Assembly (NCBI GenBank): GCA_000182565.2
Contig: KQ257457.1
Strand: one strand, 5' to 3'
DNA length: 64,000 nucleotides
Source of the DNA: Spizellomyces punctatus DAOM BR117
Taxonomy: Eukaryota
Shown here: positions 23,569 to 36,887 of the stretch, one piece after another
Layout of the letters: the number at the start of each line of letters is the position of its first letter
Numbering within the stretch: position 1 is the first letter of the stretch
The notes under the pieces: generated by a model
What the model saw: the letters and a program-made list of their open reading frames with translations, nothing else
What the model was told of the DNA's origin: nothing
The model's database searches: none
Made by a program: the position numbers and the translations under genes

Positions 23569-25756
23569 ACCACGCTGTATGATCTATAAATCATGTGAGA
23601 TCATGCTGGGATGTCATTAGACAGTTCACATCTGATTTGGCTAAGTTACAACGTGGGGAATTGGACATAGAGTAATCAGAATGATCACAGACGCGTGTGG
23701 GAATGATTTAAAGGGGTAAATCATCATGTAAGCGCTCTTAGAAGGTCTGGAAGGTTTGTGGTGATCTAGATCTTCAGGTAATGTTTGCCAAGGCATGGCT
23801 GAAGCTGCTGAGCATTGCTGAGCATGGCTGAGCATGTAAACAAGTGGGCTCAAGCTTGCAAACAGTAAGAAGGAGGCTGGAGAATGTACTGGGTATATGA
23901 TGGGGACTTTGTACACTCCAGGTGTAATACACAAGTATTATTTACTAAGCTACAGTACCAAGAAAGGCTCTCATGGGCCCAGAGTTACACCATGGGCCAC
24001 AGGTAATTCTGGGCCTTCAGGTGTAATTTCTACATGGGAAATCAGTGTTCCAAGCATGAAGTTCAACACTTTGGATCAAAGAATATATATGGAAAAGGGT
24101 AATACATCATTAGAGAAAAGTCAGAGCAGGTAGATATGCCCAGAACCAATATTGCAACCCAAAGCTAGGTTTATTCACAGAACCTAACTGCTTATATCTC
24201 TGCACTAATTGCACAAGTATACAACCCCAAATCCTGCCTGATTTACCCAAATTGATATACCCTGCCCCTTGCCCCATTATACACACTTACTTTAGGATTC
24301 TGTGACTTTTCTCTCATGTACCAAACTACTAAAACTCTACTTTAGACCTGCCTTATTCCATTACAAATCAATCTCTAGTGTGTTTTAGTATAGTATATTT
24401 TAGATTAGTTTGGTTGGCTAGGATGGTATAGTCAATTGGGTCAGTCAGAAAGACTGAGACAGGGTTTATTTCAGAATACTTGCCAGGAGGATNNNNNNNN
24501 NNNNNNNNNNNNNNNNNNNNNNNNNNNNNNNNNNNNNNNNNNNNNNNNNNNNNNNNNNNNNNNNNNNNNNNNNNNNNNNNNNNNNNNNNNNNCGCGTGTG
24601 GGAATGATTTAAAGGGGTAAATCATCATGTAAGCGCTCTTAGAAGGTCTGGAAGGTTTGTGGTGATCTAGATCTTCAGGTAATGTTTGCCAAGGCATGGC
24701 TGAAGCTGCTGAGCATTGCTGAGCATGGCTGAGCATGTAAACAAGTGGGCTCAAGCTTGCAAACAGTAAGAAGGAGGCTGGAGAATGTACTGGGTATATG
24801 ATGGGGACTTTGTACACTCCAGGTGTAATACACAAGTATTATTTACTAAGCTACAGTACCAAGAAAGGCTCTCATGGGCCCAGAGTTACACCATGGGCCA
24901 CAGGTAATTCTGGGCCTTCAGGTGTAATTTCTACATGGGAAATCAGTGTTCCAAGCATGAAGTTCAACACTTTGGATCAAAGAATATATATGGAAAAGGG
25001 TAATACATCATTAGAGAAAAGTCAGAGCAGGTAGATATGCCCAGAACCAATATTGCAACCCAAAGCTAGGTTTATTCACAGAACCTAACTGCTTATATCT
25101 CTGCACTAATTGCACAAGTATACAACCCCAAATCCTGCCTGATTTACCCAAATTGATATACCCTGCCCCTTGCCCCATTATACACACTTACTTTAGGATT
25201 CTGTGACTTTTCTCTCATGTACCAAACTACTAAAACTCTACTTTAGACCTGCCTTATTCCATTACAAATCAATCTCTAGTGTGTTTTAGTATAGTATATT
25301 TTAGATTAGTTTGGTTGGCTAGGATGGTATAGTCAATTGGGTCAGTCAGAAAGACTGAGACAGGGTTTATTTCAGAATACTTGCCAGGAGGATATTATCA
25401 GGTCCAGAGTCAGCATCCTGAAACAGTACCCAGACTGGAACCTGAATTAGGTGTTTGGTGGGATCAAGATAAGGCAACTAGATCAGGATAAAATGAAACC
25501 CACAGCTTCTAGTTATTACTTAACCAGTCAATTCTATTTCTAAAGACTTGTGGTTTAGATCCAGTTTCTAGTGCAACCTTCTATATTTCCTATATTTAAC
25601 CACACAGCACTTCTTAATATAAGAATCTAATAATACATGCATTCCTCCCTGTTTCACCTTAACCTCCCACATCACATAACCAGCAAGTTCAGCTGAACCT
25701 CTATAGTTTTCTAGGTGTACATGTCACAGTATGGACTACATGCTATCTGCTTGTTC

Positions 25757-27319
25757 TCAAGCTTTAGCAATTGCATGCTGCACTATAGTGTCTGTAATAA
25801 TTGCTTCCGGTAGTTTGAATAAGCTCCAACTGCTGTCATGTAGTGTATGGAATGCTGCTCTTGCTCGAGCTACCAATGGGTTGATAGCTGCCGCTGTCGC
25901 TGCAAGGGCAGTTTCCTCGCGATAGGCCATCGGGAATGTCCGGCTCTTTGTGAATGCTGGATGTTTATGACTATTGACATCTCTAATGAAAATTTTCAAA
26001 ATTTGCTGCGGTGCTGCTTCGTACACCCTCGCATATATTTCGATGTCGCTCTCCCCAGAGTCGCCGATGAGGATGAATTGGCGGGAACCAAAGTCCCGTA
26101 AAATCCTACTGATGACGTTGTGCTTATAGGTACTACTGCTCATGTTTTCGCGCTCCCAAACATTTCGCAGATTTAACGAGCCAGGTGGGAATCTGCTCGT
26201 TTTGAAGAAGGCGCTCAGCATGGGATATAGTTGATATGGGCCAGCGCTGACATAATGCACGGACACTTTCTTCGATCGAAGGTAGTTGTACGCATCTGCC
26301 ATCCCAGCCACATCTTTGGCCTCCGAGAACAAGGCTTTGTTGATGGCAGCCATACGCCCTTCGTGGACCGATGATTCCTTGATGGTATCGTCTACATCCT
26401 AATAATGTCGCCTTATTAAAAGGGTAATCATTTTCCAGGTACAAGCAAACATACCGATATTATTGATATCCCCGTGGGAGAAATCAACTCAACTGATCCC
26501 ACAGCGTGCAATGCTACGTAAATTACGGGAGTTGCCATCATCTACTAAGAGCTTGAACAAAACAGACTTGCAACACAACTTACAATGACATCCAACTTTA
26601 AAGGCCGCGATTCGAATCTGGTCATGGTCCGCCACAGATTCATCCTTTTCTTGTCGCCAGGCGTCAACAATCTTTGAAGGCAACTCAATAGTTCCAGAAA
26701 AAAACCCGCTCGTGTCCGTTGTAAGTGTTATTCCTGTCTCAGTCGTTCCCAGGGAAGCACAATCCAGTGCCTTGATCTCGTCCTCCTCTAATGCTTCCTC
26801 ATGATCGATGACCTCCCCTATGTCAACAGCACGGTCAATCCCATTCCGCTTCAAAACCAATGCTGATGGGGCTAGCCCAATAGCGCAAACTCTGATATCC
26901 ACGTTCTTCAGCGAATTTGCTAGAAACATGCCTGCTCGTTCATCATGAAGCGAACGAGATGCAGCATCAACTGTCGAGGGGGCTAGAAATCTCCGAGAAA
27001 GGCTCAAAATGAGTTTGCGGCGGCGACTCTCCGCACGCGTCGCATACACCCAACCCTTTACATTCACCAGCCAAACGGTTCGGGATGGGTTCCCTGATTC
27101 TCCAGATACTTGGGGCACAGGTGTGGCCGGGCATGTAGGCACCGTCGCTGGGTCATGTTCCAGACGGGCATAGGTAGGAAAGAGCAAAATGCGTTCAACG
27201 AGGTCGCTTGAATTTTTTGCATTTGGGAGCTCCGTTCCGACGTTTATTCCCACGTCTGGTGCAGGATTTGATTGGATAAACGAGTCGCGCAGAGGGAACG
27301 AACCTGGCAATGATGACAT
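25757..27319 (-). CDS. APP1: APP1-like phosphatidate phosphatase (multi-exon)
   Basis: Spliced motif GISIIS|DVDDTIK across the intron at ~26399-26454; HYVSAGPYQLY; FILIGDSGESDIEIY; ILKIFIR; N-terminal ILLFPTYA. Confidence 0.85.
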
Positions 27320-27480
27320 CGCATCTCAAACTACTACTTGTGGAGGTGCGCTGGTGACTCTGGTGAGGCGTCGTGATCACGTGTCGCCAAGACAGGTGGT
27401 CATTGCCTTCTGAAGGGAAGGAGAAGCGAAATAACGAAATTCAGTCTTCAATTCCAGCCTCAGAAGCTTCACGGTAGACA

Positions 27481-29483
27481 ATGTATCACCATCCTAGCTA
27501 CAATCAACCTGGCGCCGTTCCTCCACTCCCTCCTCGCAGGGAGTCGGACGGCAGACCACCGTACGTTGCCTTCCCTTCGCCCGGCTCTCAATACGGGCCA
27601 GCACACAGCACCACAGCGCCATATCCCACCCCAGCCTATCCGACTTCAACTTCTTCTCCTTATGGTGAGAGAACGAACTCAAAACTTTCCTTGGATTTGA
27701 TGGTTCTCATTAAGGGTTTGAGAAAGGCTATCCGCACGGCGACTATCGCATCCCTTCCAACAATGTCTCTTATCCGTCGTCAACCCCCACCCATTCTGCT
27801 CATGCGTCGTTTGACTCTACAAAGCTAGCTGAAATTGAAAAGCAACTTCAACAGGAACGTGAAGAGCGACGGAAATTGGAAGATCGCGAAGTTGAACGAA
27901 TCAAGTCGATCTCGCTGCTTGAGAACCAGCTTCGAAGTATGAAGCTTGACATGGACCGTACGGCAGAGCGAGCTGGCATTGTCTCTCAAATTGAATCAAA
28001 ATTGCAGTTTGAGCAGGATGAAAAGCGGAAGCTTCAAGATCGTTTAGCCACTACGGTGCAACTGGAATCCCGCTTGGACCACGAGCAATCCGAGCGCCGG
28101 CGATTGGAGGAACAACTGGCCAGCTATCCTGCTACTATAGCGGAACTGGAGCGCAAGATTACGTTGGAGAAGGCGGATAAAAAGACACTTGAAGAGTGTG
28201 TTGCATCCATGGCTGCGCTGGAACCATTGCTGAAGGCTGAACAGGAAGAAAAGCACCGACTTGAAAAGCGCCTCCCCGAAGTGGAGTCGCAATTACGTGC
28301 GAGTCAGAAAGCTCTCACGGATTTGGGGATTGCCAAAGCAGATATGGAAAGGAATATTGAGAGCAAGAACCGAGAGATTGCTTCGTTGAAGAAGCAACTT
28401 GATCCACATAGTATGGACGAGCAACGGAAGAAGTTGGAAGATGCAAGACTGGAATTGGAACAACTTGTCAAGGCGAAAGATGATGAGATATCGATGTTGA
28501 TCGACAAGCTGAACCACGAAGCGTACGAGCGAACGGCCGTAACAGACCAACTCCACCTGTTGCAAATGCGTTATGAACCTCACCCGCCACCAGTAGGCGA
28601 TGATAGCGTTTACACAAGGTGTGTCCGAAGAACTCGTATACAAGAGAACGCTCCTCGCAGCATTAACCCAGTAAACCTTACTTGCTCTCAGACCACCCCC
28701 AACCCAACCCTTAGCAGTACCCAAAGGTAGCTGTTACCCTTGCACATCATTCTCAATTATCTCTTTATCTTTTTCTGAGGAAGGAACATAGGCGTGGACC
28801 ACGAACTATGGCAGTTGTTTGTCATGGTAGATCCTTACCAGTTGAAGGCGATAAATGCTGTGCAACTCCGAGACATCTTAGTTCACGGTATGCCATATAC
28901 CGGTTGCTACCGCGCGGATTGTTAACCAAGTTGCACATGCAGGGCCTTGGCCAGCACTGGAGTATTCTACAGTTCAGATTTTATATGCAATTTACGACAG
29001 ATCTGGGACAGGTTTCAAATTTGAACAATTCAATGCTCTGTGGGACCTGATTCATGAGTGGCTCGGAGTCTTCCGAGAATTTGATCACCACCAAGACGAA
29101 ACAGAATTTGGGCACGTTGACAGGAAGGATCTTCGAAATGTCTTAAAGAAATGCGGAATTGTCACGCCAGAGCGCTCTCTAACGTCACTCTTAACAAAGG
29201 GATATCAACAAGGTATCGCGTCATTTCAGATACATGTGCTCTGACGTGCGCTGATGCAGAATGGACCTAATGTAGAACATCCACTTGGATGGGATGATTT
29301 CTTACGATGCGCGGCAAGACTCAAGATCATTATGGACATGTTCCAGAAGATTGATATGGATAAGGTACTAGAGCATGCTGTCTTCTCTGAGATGCAGTTT
29401 TTGATTATGCACGAAATGCGCAGGACAACTGGATAACAATATCGCGCGACCAATTTATGGAGCTCGTGATAGGTAGCATTTAA
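27481..29483 (+). CDS. Pro/Tyr-rich N-terminus, long coiled coil and C-terminal penta-EF-hand (peflin/ALG-2-like) domain (multi-exon)
   Basis: Hand-spliced C-terminal exons read DHELWQLFVMVDPYQLKAINAVQLRDILVH/GPWPALEYSTVQILYAIYDRSGTGFKFEQFNALWDLIHEWLGVFREFD.../LGWDDFLRCAARLKIIMDMFQKIDMDK/DNWITISRDQFMELVIGSI*; coiled coil ~27830-28570. Confidence 0.75.
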
Positions 29484-29655
29484 TTCGTGATCGACTTTGG
29501 AGTGTACCAACATGGGGTTACCCTAGCTAGTTATGGACAATGTTCTGTTATATAGTATCGCTGTGAATATGCCTGCACGACCTCATAATTCAGCCCGTAC
29601 GTAAAAAGCAAAAACGCACTTGGTCCGAGTGATGAAACAGAAAAGAAGATCAAAA

Positions 29656-30987
29656 TCACGAATCGGTGGTAGTTTTGAAATGTTCTTCATCCACAGTGCT
29701 GTACAAATGGCCCTCATTGCAAAGCCATAGCATAGCATCCCTGGTATCACGAAGTTCAGTTAGCTGCGCGAACATATTCCTTATGATAATCCAAAATATG
29801 CACACCTGATCTCGGACTCACTTCCGGCTCCTCGTAACCTCTGAGCAACTGCATGAATTGGTGCGCCATCTTGGGTGGCCTGATATTGCTTGACAACTCC
29901 GATGATACTGTTGTGCAAAGGCGTGTATCCGCTTCCACTCCCAGTGACCGGCATCCCGTTAGCGTAATTAACTTGCTGAGGTGCATATGAGGACTGTGCG
30001 TAAGCAGGATTTGGCACACCATTGAGGTGCATATTGCCCATTGAGGAAGAGTCGCTTGTTCTCTACATCGAAATAATGAATATTCTTGACAATTAAGAGT
30101 CGTCCCCAGTTCGGTCTCACCAATGGGCCCTTCGTAAGATATAGGTGGACAAATATGGTTTGCAAATTGTGAAAAGCAATCTCGTCGGCAGAATCGACCG
30201 CGCGGATGTGAAATGCCGTAATGTTTCTCTTGCTGTTGAAGACGCGAAGGTGGCCGGTTATCCGCACATAGGACCCCTCACTGGAAACCAGCGCAATCGT
30301 TAAAGTGGTTCCCGGTCCGTGCATCAAAAATGAAGCTCAATCATTTACTTAAACGAATCTGTGCGTTCCGTTTCGAAGTCGCTATCGTTTTGGTCCAGCC
30401 ATTTTTTAACCTCCATGGTGCTTGTTCCGTCATCAATCAAATAGTTGGTATGTGTCGACTGCTGATTCATGCTGTTGATACGTCCGATGAATGTAATCTA
30501 AAATATCCGGTGGTCGTTCTTGCATGTAGAACGGCAGCAAATTCGAATACTTGGCTTACCTGGGAAACCTCCTCATTATCAAGGGTAAAGGGCCCATCAT
30601 TGTAAGTTTGTTTAGCATCGAGTAGCTGCTTAAGGGTGACCGGGCGAATAGCCTGAGTTCCTCCTCCGCTTCGCTAAAAACTCGCGCTCAGCCGGCAGTC
30701 GTTGAAGGGCATCACGAAGTAACTCGTACCTTGCCGCGACCTCCACTAGGAGAATCCCCCCCTTGAGATCCACCAAAGCCAGGAGATAAAAATCCGCCCC
30801 CACCAGCACCGCCAACCTCGTTATTGTTAGCACCTGTGAAGCCAGAGTATCCACTATATCCCCCAGAGCCACCTGTAGGCCCGCCATAACCTCCAAAACC
30901 TGCATAGCCACTATAACCTACGGTGGCATTAGTCAAGTCCGACATTACATTATCCAGAGAGTTGCATTTACCTCCTCCAGCCATCAT
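29656..30987 (-). CDS. RFA2: Replication protein A 32-kDa subunit (multi-exon)
   Basis: Gly-rich N-terminus with GGGFLSP; IRPVTLKQLL; IDDGT; YVRITGHLRVF..ITAFHIR..EIAFHNL; C-terminal winged helix LCNEGHLYSTVDEEHFKTT. Confidence 0.92.
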
Positions 30988-31665
30988 CTTAGTCAGATTA
31001 CCTTCCGCCGATCAAAGGGTGGACAGACAATGATAGGCAAAGCAACATTGGGCAGTACCTGGTACGGAAGTTCGGACACCCAGTGAGTCATTCCCAATTC
31101 TAATGCATTAAGTGAAGAAATGCACTAGTCACGGATGAACAGCCCCCTAGTCAGGTTACGACCGAGCTCGAATAGTAAACGTATTGGGTCTTTCAGCTAG
31201 TGCCTCATCAATTAAAGGACCACTTTTAAGCACCCCAAGCCATCATACGTTCTGCCTCCTAGTACTGCAAGTATTGAGGAACACAATCCTCATGCAGTGA
31301 ATTGTTTTATTTTCCAAATCTCCAAATTTAACATCTCATTATTTCTGTAAAATGTATCATTCGTCACAAAAATGAATACTCTCCCATATTGTTGCACTGT
31401 CGTTTGCCTTTTCCTCACACGACACTTTAAGTCATTCTCCTCATCGCTCAGAGAACAAAGAGTTTGGATGCCGTCCAAACCCTCGCACCAAAGTCACAGC
31501 TTGGGATCATATTGCAAACTTGCGCAACCTGAGATCTACACAAGGTCTTCGTGTACTTTACGACAGTGTTTGTGCAGAAGTTGAGAAGGCTCAACCCTCA
31601 AGAACTAAAATGGTTTTATTCCATTTTCTCTATTTCCAGCCAGCGCATCCCCCGGATTTACAGCC

Positions 31666-34600
31666 ATGTCAAATAGCACTGAAGAGCTCCCGATGACAAT
31701 AGCTGGATGGAATGTGAATAATAGAACTGATGTCAATCCAGGTAATTAACATCGTGCGATATCCGGCATCAATGGGCCTCCGATATTCCAATGCCTCACC
31801 TGGTCACGTGTTGGTCTGATTTCTCCAAAGCTGGTCCACAACCATCTTCCCACGTCTTGGAACATCTTACATTCCTGCCCATCATGCGTCCAACGCGGGC
31901 CAAGATAACAGATGCAATTTCTGCGATTGAGCGATGCTTCTTACGCAATCAGGACGGAACAAATAGCGTGAAAGATTCTACCGATAGTCTGTCGATCACC
32001 GAGTACGTCAAGGCAACGCGTGCGGTGCAGTTCTTCAGCTCAGCTATTATTGAACCCCTCTTTCTGCAACTGCAATAAATACATAGGATGACAGAGCTAC
32101 TGGAAAGCTTACGTGGAAGCATACAGAGGGTAATCGGTCCGGTGCTGAACAACTTAACCATAAGCCAACAATGACACGAGTTGTTTTTGGAACTAGGCGG
32201 TATCGGTAGAACAGACCAGAAAGCCAGAGTTCGACATTTTTCTTTTAACATTTCAGCGGTGGCTTTTGACGGATATCGCGCGGGATCAAGCTCTACTTTG
32301 TGACTTGCTGCTTCCAATCCTGAACGAGGCATTACCTCCTTCAGCATCAATTACCCCCCAGACTGCCCCTTTTGTAGAGAAAACACTCCAATTTGTGAGA
32401 GACACAATTTTACGGTGCTCTGTTGCTAAGGATTTGATAGGCAAACATATGATCGGACGACTTGTGGCAACAGCCGTGTGTGTTCATGCATCTACCATGT
32501 TGAAGAGACAAGTAGGCAGTAAATGCAGCCCCGACACGTAATCACAGTTTTCCTGATGTCATTCGCCGTTGACTAGGCCTTGGACATCTTAAACTCTCTT
32601 CTGGTGAGGTTTTTCCGGTCGGTCGCTTTTACGACATCGTATCGACTATCAATTGTTGGAAATAGGCTAAGAGCAAGGAAAACAAAGCCCTTCTGACCAG
32701 TCATACCTGCCTCACCGATCTGTACGTGATAATTGCACTTTTTGTAAGGCTTTTAACCGACAGTTTGCTTTTCCCAGAGACAACCTTGTTCATCTATTGA
32801 AGAACGCTGGAGGTTTCTACCATATCACACTTTCCTCGTTTGATTTTTAAAAAGTTAACATATTCATATCATTCAGATGTGGAACTCCAAACTCAGCTGG
32901 TCGAATTGCTGTTCAGGTTTGTAGAGCTCTGTGCCGACAAACTCAGGAAGCGCTACAACCATCACCCTTAAAGAATCTGCCCGAAACCGAAACAAGAACG
33001 GCTCCAGTTTATAGATACTCTGCATTTGCCAAAGATATTTGCTGATATCCGCGGCGATTATTTTCATCAGGTATCGTAATGAGGGACAACCCTTCGCACA
33101 TCTCATGGAAACTGATCTCAACTGACATCGATAAACTACTTTACATAATAAGGATTGCCGAGCGTTCCTTAATCAGCTGAATGCTGGAAATGATGGGGTA
33201 TTGAAGACCCCAAAATCATTCCGCTTGTCTCACGCAGAGTGTGTCCTGGGGGACACAACGTCCTCCCTTACGGTGCGATGTGCCTGGTCGCATAAAGTCG
33301 TATTGCCATCAGACCTTAATCTAATAAGTCCATATTAGCTTAATCCTCCTGATGGAGCAGACAGCCTGTGGCTTGATTTCAACACGTCCAGCCTGTCGAT
33401 CCTCGTGATGATAGCAGGGGTAAGATATATGTTTACGATCTCTAGGAGTGGTGCGGACTGCTAAGTTATTTTTCAAAAGGGGGATATCCTCTCAATCGAA
33501 TTGGCCTTCTCAAAAGTACAGCGGTGGCAAGTTGAGAGTTCCGCAGGTGCCTTTCTACCCATGACCCCAATCAGAATATGATCATTCTCACTGTATCATT
33601 GATGAGTACAGATGCCGTCAGTTTCGTACTGAATCTTTCGGAACCAATTATACTGACAACGTCAGGCTCGCAGAAGGGAAACGAGCCTGTCACTAATAGC
33701 TTCAAGTTCTGTGTCCATCCTGAGCCATTAACGCCACCGACAGGTTTGAGCAGAAGTAGTATAGCATTATAGGAGCTCGGCTGAAATGCCTGTTAAGCAG
33801 TCGCTGCCATTGAAACAATATTTAAGTCACGGAACTTGGTGAGTACTTTCGCATGTACCAACAGTATCGGCTGCACATGAACCATTCGACATTAGCTGCA
33901 GTGTAGGCAGAAAACTTCAGTGCCCGCATCTCGGCCTTTACCGTCTCGATCTGAGGGCTCCATGGACGACTTTGAAATCCTATTCAAGAGAGACCGAGGA
34001 GGTAGCCAGTGCATCAACTCCTCTATGTCACGAATCTCCGGCAAAAGAAGGGGTTTTAATGGTGAGAATAGCCCAGAAAGTACTGACGTACACCCGTTCT
34101 GCGAGCGACATTCGATTCGGCAAATGACCTCATCTCCGTTAAAAGCGAAGGTCTGTCCAAATACACTGAGACGTCAGGCAGGTACAGCAACCTTTCTGAT
34201 TACGGTCGCAGAATGATTCTATAGTATCCTCGATATCGGTTGATAAATATACCGCTTACGATGCTGCAGGTAACGACCTGTGTCACATCCTTGGTTTCTG
34301 TCGAACGCTCATAATCTAGATGAATGTAGTCAACCCTGGACAGCGCGACAAGGGACTCGACCTATCCATGCACGGTAGTTTCCGATATACTCTGGCTCAG
34401 AATGATGCTGGAAGGGTACTGACGATCAGTGTAGTTACCGGTGATGAGGCAGTAGCATCAACCAAACGGCAAAGATGTTATGCAGAACAGCTTCCGAGGG
34501 CCGCCTTTCGTGGTAAGGTGGGCAAAGGCACACCAAGAATGACATTACAGAAAGGTATGAAAGGGTTGATATTGCGCTAGAGTTACCGATTGAATGAGTG

Positions 34601-35320
34601 CTAGAATATACGCCTGGAAGAACCTATCTCCTTCTCTGGCCAGGAGTCTGCGGTGGAGTCGTCCTTAGGGTCTTTGGGCGGGACGAATTCTGATGTCAAC
34701 GCCCTGTGTCCTCCGCTTGATGAACGGCTACAAGCACAGAAGAAAAACATCACAGTTAATGCTGCAAACCAAGGCTTGTTTTCGCGGTTAAATTCTTCAG
34801 CACCAGACGCCATATTTAGTGGCATGGCAGAGGTAATTCACCTACTGACTATTCATGGACCTCCTGTGGGCTACATTACTCTTCCCCTTAATCAGATATA
34901 CCAACGGAAACTTCGTCACAGAGAGACTGCGATACAGGGCGTAGTTTACAGCTCCATCGACCAGATGGCAAGAGAGGCGTCATCTACGAGAGATAGTGTT
35001 TCAGCTAGGTGCTTTCGTGCAACTGTCAGCAAGCAATCCGCAATTGATCCGTCAATGACCCCATGTATTGCCATGTTTACAGGCAAGCAGCTATTAGATC
35101 ACACTTTGCTCATATATGGAACTATGAAGACGTCATGCGAAAGGATTTAAAGAGGTTGATGGACGAGGCAGGAAATGCAGAGGTGCCGTCTGATGAGCTG
35201 AGCGACGAAACCGTCCATGACCTCACACCGTGCCATTTACATGAAGTTGTCTAGCTCATCTCTGATGAACTCCCTTCAACCAGAAGTAATCAATCCCTGA
35301 AACTACTATTCGATGAATGA
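31666..35320 (+). CDS. SYCP2-like meiotic chromosome-axis protein (armadillo-like plus PH-like N-terminal domains, disordered middle, C-terminal helical region); many short exons, start uncertain
   Basis: Hand-spliced exons 32778-33547 read LLKNAG|DVELQTQLVELLFR|..IFADIRGDYFHQ|DCRAFLNQLN..|LNPPDGADSLWLDFNTSSLSI, collinear with SYCP2 motifs as I recall them (DAGDYDLQV..EALCR; FETDCRIFLNLVN; FWIDFN). Confidence 0.65.
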
Positions 35321-35849
35321 TGATAAGATCGTGTGGGAAGTAGCGATCACGTGTTCTTATTTGGGTCGTTTCTGTCGCTTGAAGCAGTAGTCGGACCTGA
35401 CCCTATTGATTTTATTGTGTCTTGTGTGCGTAGTCTGCGGTATCTAAGCCTATTGTCATCATTATGTAGTATCTACGCGGTATACAACCATATTGACAGT
35501 GTATTCCGGATTGCGGCGTTCGTATGGGCAAATCATTCAATAAATCTGATAACAGTGGCCACAGTGTTGCGCTTGGATGGTAATGTGACGGCTTCGCAGC
35601 CTTGCAACATGTTAAAATGTTATTACTCGCTGGACGACACACAAGGACGATGCACAAAGTCCAAAAGTTTCTCAACGGTTCTAAGGCACAATACTATATT
35701 TGCAGCCAGCGACACAATTCCGTCGCGAGGAGTGTACAATATCGCAACAATGAGAGGCACGGTCACGCGCCTGTATGTCCAATTCGCCTTCCAGCAAACA
35801 GAAAATAGGGAGCGCTTCTCCTCGGTCCTGCTCCATCCTTCCAATACAT

Positions 35850-36887
35850 TTAGGTGGAACCGTTTAGCGCATTTGCCAAATTCAGGTTGATGCCGTTAGC
35901 TGACGTGTTTGATTGGGCCAGCTGCGCATCTACTTCCATCGCCTATTTCAGCAGAATGTCGGGTTGGATGTTGTGTGTGATGTGTGGTGTGGGGACGGCT
36001 GTTCTGATGCGGCGTGAACTTACTTCGTCCTGCATATAAGCTTCCATCTCCGCATCAAGTTCGTCCGCGGTTTTGGGCACTTTCTTATGGACGCCGCTAG
36101 CATTGACTCTGCGGCGATTACCTCTGTGGCCACCGCCTACAGACGGTCCTGTGCGTCTATGATTGAATGAGTAACATAAAAGAATGCCTGAAACATGGTG
36201 TGAAAGATAAACTTACCCGAGCCGTCCGCCAGTGCTCCGACGCGGAGCCGCTGAGGGTGTCAAAGCTGGCGCGGCATCAGCCCGCACAATTAGTTCAATT
36301 TTCATCGGCTTATTATCCAAAGTTCGGTTATGATATTCACGAATGGCCGCCTGTGCGTCTTTTGGTCGACTAAAGATCACGTTTGCAACTCCCTTTGACC
36401 TTCCCTGGGCATCATAGTTTAGTTGTGCGGACCGAACGGGGCCTGGAAACCAGAGGTTTACAACGATTCATAACAGTGAAGCAACCAGCGCACAGAATAT
36501 ACCAATCTGACTGAAGAGCTCGTGAACATCATTCTGGGTAACACTCTTGGCCAGGTTTGAAACGACAATCTTGTCAGAGATGTTCGTCGCCGCAGTTGGA
36601 CGGAGAGAAGAGTTTGCGTATGGGCGAGCCCGGTCATCTCGTCCAGAGCGACGAGATGTTCGCATCGCACCTCCACCTCCTCCACGTTTGCCGCGCTGAG
36701 GTTTGTTTTTTACAATCTAAACCGATGCGGAGGAGGCGTTCGCAATCAGCGTTTTGTTTCACATCCCTTTGCAAGTTCTCGAAAGGAGGACGGCGAAGGG
36801 TAGGAGGAAGCCACAAGAGTGGACAGACGAGCTAAGACCTACAATGTCGTCCAGCGACATATCCAATAATCCGCTGTTGGTAGCCAT
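35850..36887 (-). CDS. YRA1: mRNA export adaptor Yra1/ALYREF (THOC4) (multi-exon)
   Basis: N-box LDMSLDDIV; RRM KIVVSNL..DVHELFSQIG..LNYDAQGRSKGVANVIF..LDNKPMKIEL; C-box KTADELDAEMEAY. Confidence 0.9.

Larger units (their letters stand above)
19006..24068 (+). mobile_element. Ty1/Copia element copy C: 5'-truncated 5' LTR 19006-19384, PBS 19385-19396, PPT 23541-23549, 3' LTR 23550-24068
   Basis: LTR end TTTCAATA followed by GGTTATGAGCCC; GAGTGGGAG followed by TGTTGAG; 3' LTR ends GTTCAACA. Confidence 0.93.

Noticed and set aside
23692-25393. Apparent ~800-bp duplication including a second Copia LTR end
   Set aside because: Identical sequence on both sides of a 100-N gap (24493-24592); assembly overlap artefact
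35333-35890. 185-aa ORF between the SYCP2-like and YRA1 genes
   Set aside because: GTG start, no motifs, lies in the convergent 3' UTR region; not supportable as a gene
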